Of a DNA stretch of 64,000 nucleotides, positions 21,756 to 34,089 are shown one piece after another. Position 1 is the first letter of the stretch. Each line of letters opens with the position of its first letter. Under the pieces are notes generated by a model. The model searched no databases. It was not told the DNA's origin and saw only the letters and a program-made list of their open reading frames with translations. The stretch is taken from the NCBI RefSeq assembly GCF_988243305.1, contig NZ_OZ547136.1. One strand, given 5' to 3'. The position numbers were made by a program, and so were the translations under genes.

Positions 21756-22361
21756 TCAGGATCTGATAATATCGTTCTGTCTCAACAGATCTAATAATTG
21801 CTGTACCAAATTTGTTACTAATTGTTCACCATTGAGATGAATTTCTGCCGATTCAGGCGCTTCGTAAACGGAATCTATTCCCGTAAAGTTGCGCAGTTCA
21901 CCGGCACGCGCTTTCTTATATAAGCCTTTTGGATCGCGGGCTTCGCAAATCGCCAGCGGCGTATCGACAAATACTTCGATAAAGCGCCCTTCTCCTACGC
22001 GTTCACGAACCATCTGGCGTTCGGCGCGGTGTGGCGAGATGAATGCGGTCAGCACCACCAGTCCGGCTTCAACCATCAAATTCGCCACTTCACCGACGCG
22101 ACGGATATTCTCTTTACGATCGGCATCGCTAAAACCGAGATCGCTGCATAATCCGTGGCGAACATTGTCGCCATCCAGCAGATACGTACTGACGCCGAGT
22201 TTATGTAACGCCTCCTCCAGCGCCCCGGCGACCGTTGATTTACCGGACCCGGAGAGGCCGGTAAACCACAGCACTACACCACGATGACCGTGGTGTAGCT
22301 CGCGTTGTTGTACAGTGACTGGATGGCTATGCCAGACGACGTTTTCGTCATGCAGCGCCAT
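21756..22361 (-). CDS. cysC: Adenylylsulfate (APS) kinase
   Basis: 201-aa ORF with P-loop GLSGSGKST. Confidence 0.95.
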
Positions 22362-23788
22362 TATTTATCCCCCAGCAAATCGCGTGCGCCCCAGTGCGGA
22401 AAGTGGCGACGAACCAGGGCATTCAATTCCAGTTCAAATGCACTGAATTCAGATGGCGCAGCAGTTGCCTGGCTAACTGGCTCGTGCACCATACCGGCAC
22501 CCACGGTCACATTGCTCAGGCGATCGATAAAAATCAGCCCACCGGTAACCGGATTTTGCTGATAACGATCTAACACCAGTGGCTCGTCAAAAGTGAGATC
22601 CACCAGGCCGATGCCGTTCAGCGGCAGGTTTTCAACTTCGCGTTGGGTAAGGTTATTAATATCAACCTGATAACGAATACCATCAACACGAGCACGCGTC
22701 TTCTTACCGGCAATTTTGATGTCATAACTCTGGCCCGCGGAAAGCGGCTGTTCCGCCATCCATACCACATCCACCGACGCGCTCTGCACAGCCGGTAACG
22801 CTTCGTCTGCCGCCAGCAGCAGATCGCCACGGCTGATGTCGATCTCATCCGTCAGCACCAGGGTGATCGCTTCTCCGGCAAAGGCTTCTTCGCGATCGCC
22901 ATCAAAAGTCACGATCCGCGCGACGTTTGATTCCACACCAGAGGGCAGCACTTTGACACGTTGCCCGACTTCCACTCGACCGGATGCCAGCGTTCCGGCG
23001 TAGCCACGAAAATCGAGATTCGGGCGATTAACGTACTGCACCGGGAAGCGCATTGGCTGGGCATCCACCACTCGCTGGATCTCCACGGTTTCCAGCACTT
23101 CGAGCAGTGTCGGACCGCTGTACCACGGCATACTTTCACTTTGCGAAGCCACGTTGTCACCTTCCAGTGCGGAGAGCGGCACAAAGCGGATATCCAGATT
23201 ACCCGGCAGCTGCCCGGCAAAGGTCAGATAATCTTCACGAATACGGGTGAACGTCTCTTCACTGTAATCCACCAGATCCATTTTGTTGATCGCCACGACC
23301 AGATGTTTGATCCCCAACAGTGTGGAGATAAAACTGTGACGACGGGTTTGATCGAGCACGCCTTTACGGGCATCGATCAGTAAGATCGCCAGTTCACATG
23401 TCGATGCGCCAGTCGCCATATTGCGAGTGTACTGCTCGTGCCCTGGGGTATCGGCGATAATAAATTTACGCTTCTCGGTAGAGAAATAACGGTAAGCCAC
23501 GTCAATGGTGATGCCCTGTTCGCGCTCAGCTTGCAGGCCGTCCACCAGCAGTGCCAGATCCAGTTTTTCGCCCTGGGTGCCGTGACGTTTACTGTCGTTA
23601 TGCAGCGATGAGAGCTGATCTTCGTAGATTTGGCGGGTATCGTGCAGCAGGCGACCAATCAGGGTACTTTTGCCGTCATCGACGCTACCACAGGTCAGAA
23701 AACGCAGCAGGCTTTTATGTTGTTGCGCAATCATCCAGGCTTCGACGCCGCCTTCATTGGCGATTTGTTGTGCAAGTGCGGTGTTCAT
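22361..23788 (-). CDS. cysN: Sulfate adenylyltransferase subunit 1 (GTPase)
   Basis: 475-aa ORF with GTPase motif [15 protein letters not shown]. Confidence 0.95.
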
Positions 23789-23789
23789 C

Positions 23790-24698
23790 TTAAAAATACC
23801 CCTGACGTTTTTTCAACTCCATGGATCCCGCCTGGTCGCGGTCAATCACGCGACCCTGACGTTCACTGGTGGTGGAAACCAGCATCTCTTCGATGATTTC
23901 CGGCAGTGTTTGTGCATTTGACTCCACCGCACCGGTCAGCGGCCAGCAGCCCAGCGTACGGAAACGCACCATCCGTTTTTTAATCACTTCTCCCGGTTGC
24001 AGGTCGATACGGTTGTCATCAATCATCATCAACATACCGTCGCGTTCCAGAACCGGTCGTTCCGCAGCGAGATACAGTGGAACAATGTCAATATTTTCCA
24101 GCCAGATGTATTGCCAGATATCCTGCTCGGTCCAGTTAGAGAGCGGGAAGACGCGGATGCTTTCGCCTTTGTTAATTTGCCCGTTGTAGTTGTGCCACAG
24201 CTCCGGGCGCTGATTTTTCGGATCCCAGCGATGGAAGCGGTCACGGAAAGAGTAGATTCGCTCTTTAGCGCGGGATTTCTCTTCGTCGCGGCGCGCACCA
24301 CCGAAGGCGGCATCAAAACCGTATTTATTCAGCGCCTGTTTCAGGCCTTCAGTTTTCATAATATCGGTATGTTTCGCGCTGCCATGAACGAATGGATTAA
24401 TCCCCATCGCCACGCCTTCCGGGTTTTTATGCACCAGCAGCTCGCAGCCGTAGGCTTTAGCCGTACGATCGCGGAACTCATACATCTCGCGGAATTTCCA
24501 GCCGGTATCGACATGCAGCAACGGGAAAGGCAGCGTACCTGGATAAAACGCCTTGCGCGCCAGATGCAGCATGACGCTGGAATCTTTACCGATAGAGTAG
24601 AGCATCACCGGATTTGAGAATTCTGCCGCCACCTCGCGAATAATGTGGATGCTTTCCGCCTCCAGTTGCCGCAGGTGAGTAAGTCGTTTTTGATCCAT
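23790..24698 (-). CDS. cysD: Sulfate adenylyltransferase subunit 2
   Basis: 302-aa [30 protein letters not shown]... Confidence 0.95.
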   Translation of the reverse strand: MDQKRLTHLRQLEAESIHIIREVAAEFSNPVMLYSIGKDSSVMLHLARKAFYPGTLPFPLLHVDTGWKFREMYEFRDRTAKAYGCELLVHKNPEGVAMGINPFVHGSAKHTDIMKTEGLKQALNKYGFDAAFGGARRDEEKSRAKERIYSFRDRFHRWDPKNQRPELWHNYNGQINKGESIRVFPLSNWTEQDIWQYIWLENIDIVPLYLAAERPVLERDGMLMMIDDNRIDLQPGEVIKKRMVRFRTLGCWPLTGAVESNAQTLPEIIEEMLVSTTSERQGRVIDRDQAGSMELKKRQGYF

Positions 24699-24949
24699 AA
24701 CCGTTCCTTTGCAATACCGCTATTTTCTTGCCATCAGATGTTTCGACTATAGGGAGCGTAAGAGAACGAATGAAATTACCAATTAGAATGAGTAGTTCCT
24801 TAACGGAATAACGATTTGGCAAAGCTAATATCAAAAAGTGCTTAAGGCACCGGATTTCGGGCGTTTAGGAAGATTTGAAATTGTTTTAGCGCAGCGGCAG
24901 TTTCATACTATGGCGGTAAAAAAATTTGCATGGTATTTAAGGACTCACT

Positions 24950-25987
24950 ATGTTTTCCGCATTGCGCCACCGTACCGCTGCCCTGGCGCTCGGCGTATGC
25001 TTTATTCTCCCCGTACACGCCTCGTCACCTAAACCTGGCGATTTTGCTAATACCCAGGCACGACATATTGCTACTTTCTTTCCGGGACGCATGACCGGAA
25101 CTCCTGCAGAAATGTTATCTGCCGATTATATTCGCCAGCAGTTTCAGCAAATGGGTTATCGCAGTGATATTCGGACATTTAATAGTCGGTATATTTATAC
25201 CGCCCGCGATAATCGCAAGAGCTGGCATAACGTGACGGGAAGTACGGTGATTGCCGCTCATGAAGGCAAAGCGCCGCAGCAGATCATCATTATGGCGCAT
25301 CTGGATACTTACGCCCCGCTGAGCGATGCTGACGCCGATGCCAATCTCGGCGGGCTGACGTTACAAGGAATGGATGATAACGCCGCAGGTTTAGGTGTCA
25401 TGCTGGAACTGGCAGAACGCCTGAAAAATACGCCTACCGAGTATGGTATTCGATTTGTGGCGACCAGTGGTGAAGAGGAAGGGAAATTAGGTGCTGAGAA
25501 TTTACTCAAGCGGATGAGTGACACCGAAAAGAAAAATACGCTGCTGGTGATTAATCTCGATAACTTAATTGTTGGCGATAAATTGTATTTCAACAGCGGC
25601 GTAAAAACCCCTGAAGCAGTAAGGAAATTAACGCGCGACAGGGCGCTGGCAATTGCGCGTAGTCATGGAATTGCCGCAACGACCAATCCGGGTTTGAATA
25701 AAAATTATCCGAAGGGTACTGGCTGTTGTAATGACGCCGAAGTTTTCGACAAAGCCGGTATTGCCGTACTTTCGGTAGAAGCAACAAATTGGAATCTTGG
25801 GAATAAGGATGGTTATCAGCAACGCGCAAAAACAGCTGCATTCCCTGCGGGAAATAGCTGGCATGACGTAAGACTGGATAATCAACAACATATTGATAAG
25901 GCACTTCCAGGAAGAATAGAACGTCGCTGCCGTGATGTTATGCGGATAATGCTACCGCTGGTGAAGGAGCTGGCGAAGGCGTCTTGA
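24950..25987 (+). CDS. iap: Alkaline phosphatase isozyme conversion aminopeptidase Iap
   Basis: 345-aa ORF with signal peptide and M28 peptidase-like body; sits immediately before the CRISPR array as in the classic iap locus. Confidence 0.9.
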   Translation: MFSALRHRTAALALGVCFILPVHASSPKPGDFANTQARHIATFFPGRMTGTPAEMLSADYIRQQFQQMGYRSDIRTFNSRYIYTARDNRKSWHNVTGSTVIAAHEGKAPQQIIIMAHLDTYAPLSDADADANLGGLTLQGMDDNAAGLGVMLELAERLKNTPTEYGIRFVATSGEEEGKLGAENLLKRMSDTEKKNTLLVINLDNLIVGDKLYFNSGVKTPEAVRKLTRDRALAIARSHGIAATTNPGLNKNYPKGTGCCNDAEVFDKAGIAVLSVEATNWNLGNKDGYQQRAKTAAFPAGNSWHDVRLDNQQHIDKALPGRIERRCRDVMRIMLPLVKELAKAS

Positions 25988-26007
25988 TGGGTTTGAAAAT
26001 AGGAGCT

Positions 26008-28414
26008 GGGAGTTCTACCGCAGGGGCGGGGAACTCCAAGTGATATCCATCATCGCATCCAGTGCGTCCGGTTTATCCCCGCTGACGCGGGGAACTCCGT
26101 GTGGGAACTACGAGTAGGCCGTTTTCTCTCGGTTTATCCCCGCTGGCGCGGGGAACTCCAATATCCGCGCCGTACCCAGCAAATGCTGACGGTTTATCCC
26201 CGCTGGCGCGGGGAACTCTACCGCATATTCACCAAAGTCCTCTATTTTGTCGGTTTATCCCCGCTGACGCGGGGAACTCGAGCGGACGCTCGACGATAAC
26301 ACCGATTTGCAAGGTTTATCCCCGCTGGCGCGGGGAACTCCAATATCCGCGCCGTACCCAGCAAATGCTGACGGTTTATCCCCGCTGGCGCGGGGAACTC
26401 TACCGCATATTCACCAAAGTCCTCTATTTTGTCGGTTTATCCCCGCTGACGCGGGGAACTCGAGCGGACGCTCGACGATAACACCGATTTGCAAGGTTTA
26501 TCCCCGCTGACGCGGGGAACTCCCGTCAGGCCGCGTCAATCGTTTAGCCCACGGCGGTTTATCCCCGCTGACGCGGGGAACTCACATGGAGTACATCATG
26601 AACAGACCACTGACCCGGTTTATCCCCGCTGACGCGGGGAACTCAGATTTTAGATGAGATGAAGTTGAATAGTTTACGGTTTATCCCCGCTGACGCGGGG
26701 AACTCATAAATCATTCTTTTCTTTCATCACCTACGACCGGTTTATCCCCGCTGACGCGGGAAACTCCTGTAGACGTTCTTTGGTAATGGTTTTCATCACG
26801 GTTTATCCCCGCTGACGCGGGGAACTCAATACTACAAACATCAAATGCGTTATTTACTGCGGTTTATCCCCGCTGACGCGGGGAACTCTAAGCCGTGACG
26901 AGGGTCGCCGCTGGCGTCAACGGTTTATCCCCGCTGACGCGGGGAACTCTTACAGATGTAATAAATCACACATGTAATAGCCGGTTTATCCCCGCTGACG
27001 CGGGGAACTCGATCGGGAGGATTTTAAACGCTGGTCAATGGCCGGTTTATCCCCGCTGACGCGGGGAACTCAATTACCGGGTGTCTAGTGCTCATACGCA
27101 GCCCGGTTTATCCCCGCTGACGCGGGGAACTCAATTACTGGGTGTCTCGTGCTCATATGCAGCCCGGTTTATCCCCGCTGACGCGGGGAACTCTTTCCCC
27201 CATGCGGGAAGCGCGTGCGATTTCGCGGTTTATCCCCGCTGACGCGGGGAACTCTTTTAGGTGTGCTGAGATTATTTGTCGCGGCGCGGTTTATCCCCGC
27301 TGACGCGGGGAACTCTTATCAGCAGCCAGACCAGCATTCGGGGAATACGGTTTATCCCCGCTGACGCGGGGAACTCATGATCAAATCAGTGCCGAGCTGG
27401 TGCAGATGCGGTTTATCCCCGCTGACGCGGGGAACTCAAAACAGGTTTGCCTGTCGCCCTCCGGTCCACCGGTTTATCCCCGCTGACGCGGGGAACTCCA
27501 ATCCGTTTATTACTTTATTTCTGCCGCCTTCGGTTTATCCCCGCTGACGCGGGGAACTCCAACGTTTTGGTAATCAACGGAAGGAGCTTCGCGGTTTATC
27601 CCCGCTGACGCGGGGAACTCAATAAATTCAGGAGCGGTAACGATATATTTAACGGTTTATCCCCGCTGACGCGGGGAACTCGTAAAGGCGTTGCCCTGTT
27701 CCGTCGCTGTTGTCGGTTTATCCCCGCTGACGCGGGGAACTCATCCGTTAATTATTGAGAGAGCTATCAGCTATCGGTTTATCCCCGCTGACGCGGGGAA
27801 CTCACCATCAGTCCTTGAGCCGAGAAAATCGCCGCCGGTTTATCCCCGCTGACGCGGGGAACTCAGCTATATACGGGAGCAAGATTATAATATCTGCGGT
27901 TTATCCCCGCTGACGCGGGGAACTCTTTCGCCCAATCTTGCGCGCTCTGACCTATCTGGGTTTATCCCCGCTGACGCGGGGAACTCGTGGGTGGCTGCCG
28001 TCGCGGCTGGTGCTGCGGCGGTTTATCCCCGCTGACGCGGGGAACTCACTGAGTATTTGCCTCAAGTGATGTACTGGTCCGGTTTATCCCCGCTGACGCG
28101 GGGAACTCAATATCGCCGTCAATGCCAATATTTTTCCGCGCGGTTTATCCCCGCTGACGCGGGGAACTCGTGAAAATAGAGGAAGGGCGCATTATTGGCG
28201 GCGGTTTATCCCCGCTGACGCGGGGAACTCGCGTCAGAAGCGATTGAATCAATAGCGGATCACGGTTTATCCCCGCTGACGCGGGGAACTCGTCCATTTT
28301 CCCCCTGGAGGCTGTAATTCACCGCGGTTTATCCCCGCTGACGCGGGGAACTCTTATTCAGCCAACGCGGCGCGGGGCTTGTTTGCGGTTTATCCCCGCT
28401 GACGCGGGGAACTC
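26008..28414 (-). CRISPR. Type I-E CRISPR array: 39 full 29-bp repeats plus one degenerate terminal repeat, 39 spacers (36 unique)
   Basis: Repeat CGGTTTATCCCCGCTG(G/A)CGCGGGGAACTC on the plus strand at about 61-bp period from 26069 to 28386; degenerate repeat 26008-26036 at the iap end; leader at the cas2 end, so the array is transcribed on the minus strand. Confidence 0.97.
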
Positions 28415-28519
28415 TCTAAAAGTATACATTTGTTCTTAAAGCATTTTTTCCCATAAAAACAACCCACCAACCTTAATGTAACATTTCCTTATTATTAAAG
28501 ATCAGCTAATTCTTTGTTT
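28415..28519 (-). promoter_or_regulatory. CRISPR leader
   Basis: AT-rich about 105-bp segment between the last repeat and the cas2 stop. Confidence 0.7.
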
Positions 28520-29723
<1,204 letters not shown>

Positions 29724-29738
29724 TTTATTACACCTAAA

Positions 29739-30338
29739 TCACAGTGGAGCCAAAGATAGCAAGCCACATCCCATCGATTTAGCTGGCCCAATACCTTGCT
29801 GTACAAGATCTATTAACGCTGGCGCGTCGTTGATGGTGATCACCCCTTCAAAGCAAACCGTTTGAATCTTTCCACTTTTACCATCACCAGAAAAATACTG
29901 TGGCCGTTCCGATATGGGATGCACATCTTCAACGCGCGCCGCATTGCCCAATTTACGTTGCAACCACGCGATTTGTTCTGCTTCTTTTATTAACGGAACC
30001 CGACAGCGTTTAATATTCCCTTTACTATCCAGGCGCTTTTGATTGTCGAGAATAGTTTTGATCGGATTTGCCCGAAGCCGAAAATAGAGTGGAACACCAA
30101 CCTGAAGTTGAAATTCAACCTGTTTAGTTTTAATGACTGTCGCAACAGCAGTTGAAACAGGCATTTGCGCTGACTGCAATAAAACATGACAGCCTTCTGG
30201 TGTGTTTCGCTTCTCAACATGAAAAAGAAAATCACGAGCAGCATCCGGTCTGTTTGGAAATAAATGCCATAATCCCTGGTGAAGTTGGTAAAGATCCCTG
30301 CTCCAGGCCCTGGCAATGATGACTTTACTGAGATACAT
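29739..30338 (-). CDS. casE: crRNA endoribonuclease Cas6e (CasE)
   Basis: 199-aa ORF MYLSKVIIARAWSRDLYQLHQGLWHLFPNRPDAARDFLFHVEKR... Confidence 0.95.
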   Translation of the reverse strand: MYLSKVIIARAWSRDLYQLHQGLWHLFPNRPDAARDFLFHVEKRNTPEGCHVLLQSAQMPVSTAVATVIKTKQVEFQLQVGVPLYFRLRANPIKTILDNQKRLDSKGNIKRCRVPLIKEAEQIAWLQRKLGNAARVEDVHPISERPQYFSGDGKSGKIQTVCFEGVITINDAPALIDLVQQGIGPAKSMGCGLLSLAPL

Positions 30339-30999
30339 CCATACCTCCTTTAATCACATACCATTCTCGGGAAGCAAATTGTCGAGGTAAGGTGATCATC
30401 GGTTCGTCGCGCGCCGTAAATTTTAAATGATGCCCTGTAACTGATTCCTCACTATAAATATCGCCGCCAACGGGCTCATAATTTAATAGCGCCTTCTGAG
30501 GATCCGATGCCTGACATGTCCCCAAAAAAAGCGGGTGTGTTAGTGGGCAACTTCTCCGCCCCAGGTAGGGTGTATACCGAGGCTTTAATACTGCTTTTTC
30601 AAGTTCTGAGATAACCATCGTTGCATGGGGTGTTAACCAGAGAGCGACGGTAAAGGAGGCATCACATAAATATTCGCGCCATGTTTGAATCGTTTCATGA
30701 CTTTTCAAACCACGGTAATCTTCTCGCGCTCCAAGGACTGTATGGTAATCACGCAACCCCGTTACAGACACACGACGATCGTCAAGAATGAGTTCATCGC
30801 AGCGCACTGCAAATTGCACACTCTCTGATAACACCTGTAATGAAGAAGTATCATCACGTTGGATCCCAAGACAAGCCCCGAGTAGCCCTAATAACCCGCT
30901 TCGGGTCGGAAAACTTCCGGTAGGTCGCGTTCCTTCAAAGGTCGGCAGCCCCCAGGCTTGCATTGGCCCAGCAAGCCGCAAGATCAAATAAGATCTCAT
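30325..30999 (-). CDS. casD: Cascade subunit Cas5e (CasD)
   Basis: ORF contains MRSYLILRLAGPMQAWGLPTFEGTRPTG...; start placed at the second ATG. Confidence 0.93.
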   Translation of the reverse strand: MRSYLILRLAGPMQAWGLPTFEGTRPTGSFPTRSGLLGLLGACLGIQRDDTSSLQVLSESVQFAVRCDELILDDRRVSVTGLRDYHTVLGAREDYRGLKSHETIQTWREYLCDASFTVALWLTPHATMVISELEKAVLKPRYTPYLGRRSCPLTHPLFLGTCQASDPQKALLNYEPVGGDIYSEESVTGHHLKFTARDEPMITLPRQFASREWYVIKGGMDVSQ

Positions 31000-31001
31000 G
31001 T

Positions 31002-32093
31002 TCATGCCTCGCCATTATTACGAACCCAGGATTTTAACTGTTCTAAAGTAGGCATTTGTTTAACTTGAGCAGTAATTGGGTCTACATCAGATAAGCTGAA
31101 TTGCGCAGCAGCTCCGTTCAGACCATATCCATTGGCAACGCGATCCCAATATTGATTAAACGCCTGTATAGACGGTTGCAAAAAGCCATCTTTCGCTTTA
31201 ACAGCTTTTTCAAAAGCATTTGCCATAGAAAGTGGCATATCGGAGAAATTAACCATTACCATATCCGCAGGGTTAAAAGCGGCATAAGTACGCTGTTTTG
31301 CTCCAGGGACCTCTGTTGCCAGCATATGAACAACATTGGTTGCAATTTCCAGAGCCTGCTCCCTGGAGGCACCACCTAAATTTTCCTGAAGTTGAGCGAG
31401 GTTAATGTTGGCGTAACGATAAAAAACACCCGATGAAAATTCCTGAGTTCCCAGATGTGCAGAACCTTGTTCCTGTAAATCATCTACAGCGGTGAACCAG
31501 TCAATATCTGAATCAACCTGATGAGTAGTGATCGCATGCGCAATGGACATTGCACCATCAACTTTTCCCAACTCACTCATCATGCCGCTGGTTGCCATTC
31601 TTCCGCTAAGCGCAATATCAACACCCTGCTGTAAATTCACACGTATGGCGGCAATATCTTCCTTAAGAACTTTGAGCAGCTTTTTATCATCCAGATTATC
31701 AGCCTCTGCTTTTGCAACCTGCTCACAGAACCAGGCTATTTCTCCCACAACCCAGGGAGTAACCGCATCGGCAGAAATCTTTTCGGCTTCATCAACTAAT
31801 TTACCGGAGAGCAGCGCTAATGTCTTATCGATGATTTTTTGGTCAAAACGTTCACCAAGTTTTTGCCGAAGAACATCACGTAATTGTGCAAGATGAATTG
31901 TTCTGAGACTGGATTCACCAATATTTTGTGCGTAATAATCACTTTTACGCATCGCACGTTTAAGGCTTTGACTTGAAATTCTTACTCGTCTTTTCCCGCC
32001 GAAAATAGCGTCTTTCTGCATGTTCATATCGTCGCGGTTCAGACATGAAGGGCTGTGAGAGATCAGAACATGAATATTGATAAAGTTAGACAT
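31002..32093 (-). CDS. casC: Cascade backbone subunit Cas7e (CasC)
   Basis: 363-aa [52 protein letters not shown]... Confidence 0.95.
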   Translation of the reverse strand: MSNFINIHVLISHSPSCLNRDDMNMQKDAIFGGKRRVRISSQSLKRAMRKSDYYAQNIGESSLRTIHLAQLRDVLRQKLGERFDQKIIDKTLALLSGKLVDEAEKISADAVTPWVVGEIAWFCEQVAKAEADNLDDKKLLKVLKEDIAAIRVNLQQGVDIALSGRMATSGMMSELGKVDGAMSIAHAITTHQVDSDIDWFTAVDDLQEQGSAHLGTQEFSSGVFYRYANINLAQLQENLGGASREQALEIATNVVHMLATEVPGAKQRTYAAFNPADMVMVNFSDMPLSMANAFEKAVKAKDGFLQPSIQAFNQYWDRVANGYGLNGAAAQFSLSDVDPITAQVKQMPTLEQLKSWVRNNGEA

Positions 32094-32105
32094 AGAAAGG
32101 TTTCC

Positions 32106-32588
32106 TTACGCATTTTTGTTTGTGGTCAATACAAAATCTTCCAGAAGTTGCTGGCGTTCGCGCTTTCCCCACCAGGTCAACATCCTGGCCATTAATGGCC
32201 AGTCAAGTACGGGTTCGGCGTGAGTAAGTAATCGACGTAACTGGACCATATCGGCTGTTCTGTCAGCCCGAATTAATTGAAAGATACGGCGCTCGTTAAT
32301 TCTTCCACTATTGGCTAAAGCTCTTCCCAACGAGATACCTGTTGTTTGCTCCGGTTTTTTGTCCTGATGTCGGATGACATTCTTTCCTGCGCTCAGGCAA
32401 AACACCATGCGCAAAAGAGCCTGCTGGTGACGTGGGTTTTCCCAACCAAAAGGTTGCACCAACCGATAAAACGCAGGGATATCGCGTAATTCATCAGGTT
32501 CTGAAACACGTCTAATTTGCGCACATGCTCCATTATCCAGTTGTTGCCAGGCTCGATATAAAGCCATTGCATCAATTTCATCAGCCAT
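32106..32588 (-). CDS. casB: Cascade small subunit Cse2 (CasB)
   Basis: 160-aa ORF MADEIDAMALYRAWQQLDNGACAQIRRVSEPDELRDIPAFYRLVQPFG... Confidence 0.95.
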   Translation of the reverse strand: MADEIDAMALYRAWQQLDNGACAQIRRVSEPDELRDIPAFYRLVQPFGWENPRHQQALLRMVFCLSAGKNVIRHQDKKPEQTTGISLGRALANSGRINERRIFQLIRADRTADMVQLRRLLTHAEPVLDWPLMARMLTWWGKRERQQLLEDFVLTTNKNA

Positions 32589-34089
32589 TTGATGGCCCTC
32601 CTTGCGGTTTTAACTCCCGTAAATGTTTGTATAGCGTGGCGCGGGCAAGCGCTAATGTGCTTATTAATTTAGGATGATGTGCATAGGGAGCTACAGATTG
32701 ATTAAATAGCATTTCACACAATTGATGAAGTTTGTCTCGTAAATCAGCTATTACCTCATCAGCCTGGGAAAAATTAATTTTCGCCAATACATCTGGAATT
32801 AATAATTCACTCTGTCGATAGAAATGCCTTTCTGCAGTCTCATGAACAGAGACTCCGGCCCCTTTGAAGTCTTTATTTTTAAACCCTTCTGCAAAGGTAT
32901 ATAACGCCTTGCGTAAGGCTGTTTTATACCCCAAACCAACAGTCACTATTTCGTTTATAACATTGCCGTATTGTTGCCACCCCTGATTAAACATCAGCAC
33001 ATCATGACGTCGTTCAAGAATAGATGCTTGATTATTACGATATCCCCCCATAATCAATTCAAGAGGACTTTGCGGCGCAATATTTCTGAATTGATTCACA
33101 ACCGCCGCCACGCGATTTCCATTTTCATTTTGAATAATCTTATCTACCACAACTCGGCTGATTTGCGTCCATGATGGTGCGGAGGTGGTGAAAGCAAGAA
33201 ATTTTTCCTCAACCTTCCCTTTCTTGACTGTTACCAGACAAGGGGAATGCGGATGGGGCCATAGTCCATTAACTGTAAAGGTAAATTTTTCCTTAAGAAA
33301 ACCGGTATAACGCAAATTGCTTTCCTGTCCACAGCAAGAACATTTACCAATCCCAATGGGATCGCATAGTTCAATATGCGCTGGTTGCCAGAATAAACCA
33401 CGGACAAACCCAATTGACGAAGCTGGCACAGATTCATTGGGCTTGATAGGCTTAATCCAGGTAGGTTGGTTTTCCGTATGTAATTCATTGGGAAATTGTT
33501 TTTGAAGACGAGGTATTGTGAGGACATTGAGTAATACCGTCGAGCGAAGATCGATCCCACATACGAAGGTGGTTATAGGTGTTCCTCCACGTAAACCGCT
33601 TTTAAAGCCACCACCAAAACCAGGTGCCTGATTCGCCTGGTTGAATAACGCAATCGCAGTGCATCCACCACATAATGCTTCACCCTGCCCCGGTTGATTG
33701 ACAAATGCACAATTCGTCGCGCCGCTTACCCCAGCCAACAGTTTTTCCATTGGAGTCACATCATTTGCTTTGACACCTTTGGTCTGCATAAAGGGATGTT
33801 CTGCGTGATTAAGGTAGAACATATCTATCCACGGCGCGATGAGTTGTTGAAACTCATCTTCAGTGAGCGGATTCATTATGCGATGTCGAAATTCAACGTC
33901 ATCTTTTGCCGGGGCGATAATTTGTCCAATGCAAACCAGCAGTGCTAAAGCGGCCAGTTCCATATCGTCACGGGGCAAACTTAATCGCCACTGATCTCTA
34001 CTGCAGTATAGCGATTGCAGATTTAGGATTTGGACTTTCCCCCCGTTTCGCGGGCGTACAGGGATCCAGTTATCAATAAGCAAATTCAT
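32581..34089 (-). CDS. casA: Cascade large subunit Cse1 (CasA)
   Basis: 502-aa ORF MNLLIDNWIPVRPRNGGKVQILNLQSLYCSRDQWRLSLPRDDMELAA... Confidence 0.95.
   Translation of the reverse strand: MNLLIDNWIPVRPRNGGKVQILNLQSLYCSRDQWRLSLPRDDMELAALALLVCIGQIIAPAKDDVEFRHRIMNPLTEDEFQQLIAPWIDMFYLNHAEHPFMQTKGVKANDVTPMEKLLAGVSGATNCAFVNQPGQGEALCGGCTAIALFNQANQAPGFGGGFKSGLRGGTPITTFVCGIDLRSTVLLNVLTIPRLQKQFPNELHTENQPTWIKPIKPNESVPASSIGFVRGLFWQPAHIELCDPIGIGKCSCCGQESNLRYTGFLKEKFTFTVNGLWPHPHSPCLVTVKKGKVEEKFLAFTTSAPSWTQISRVVVDKIIQNENGNRVAAVVNQFRNIAPQSPLELIMGGYRNNQASILERRHDVLMFNQGWQQYGNVINEIVTVGLGYKTALRKALYTFAEGFKNKDFKGAGVSVHETAERHFYRQSELLIPDVLAKINFSQADEVIADLRDKLHQLCEMLFNQSVAPYAHHPKLISTLALARATLYKHLRELKPQGGPSNG

Noticed and set aside
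26099-26510. Track ORFs 26099-26299, 26101-26481 and 26307-26510 with repetitive PRWRGEL/SPLARGT peptides
   Set aside because: They lie entirely inside the CRISPR array; the repetitive translation is an artefact of reading through 29-bp repeats, not a gene.
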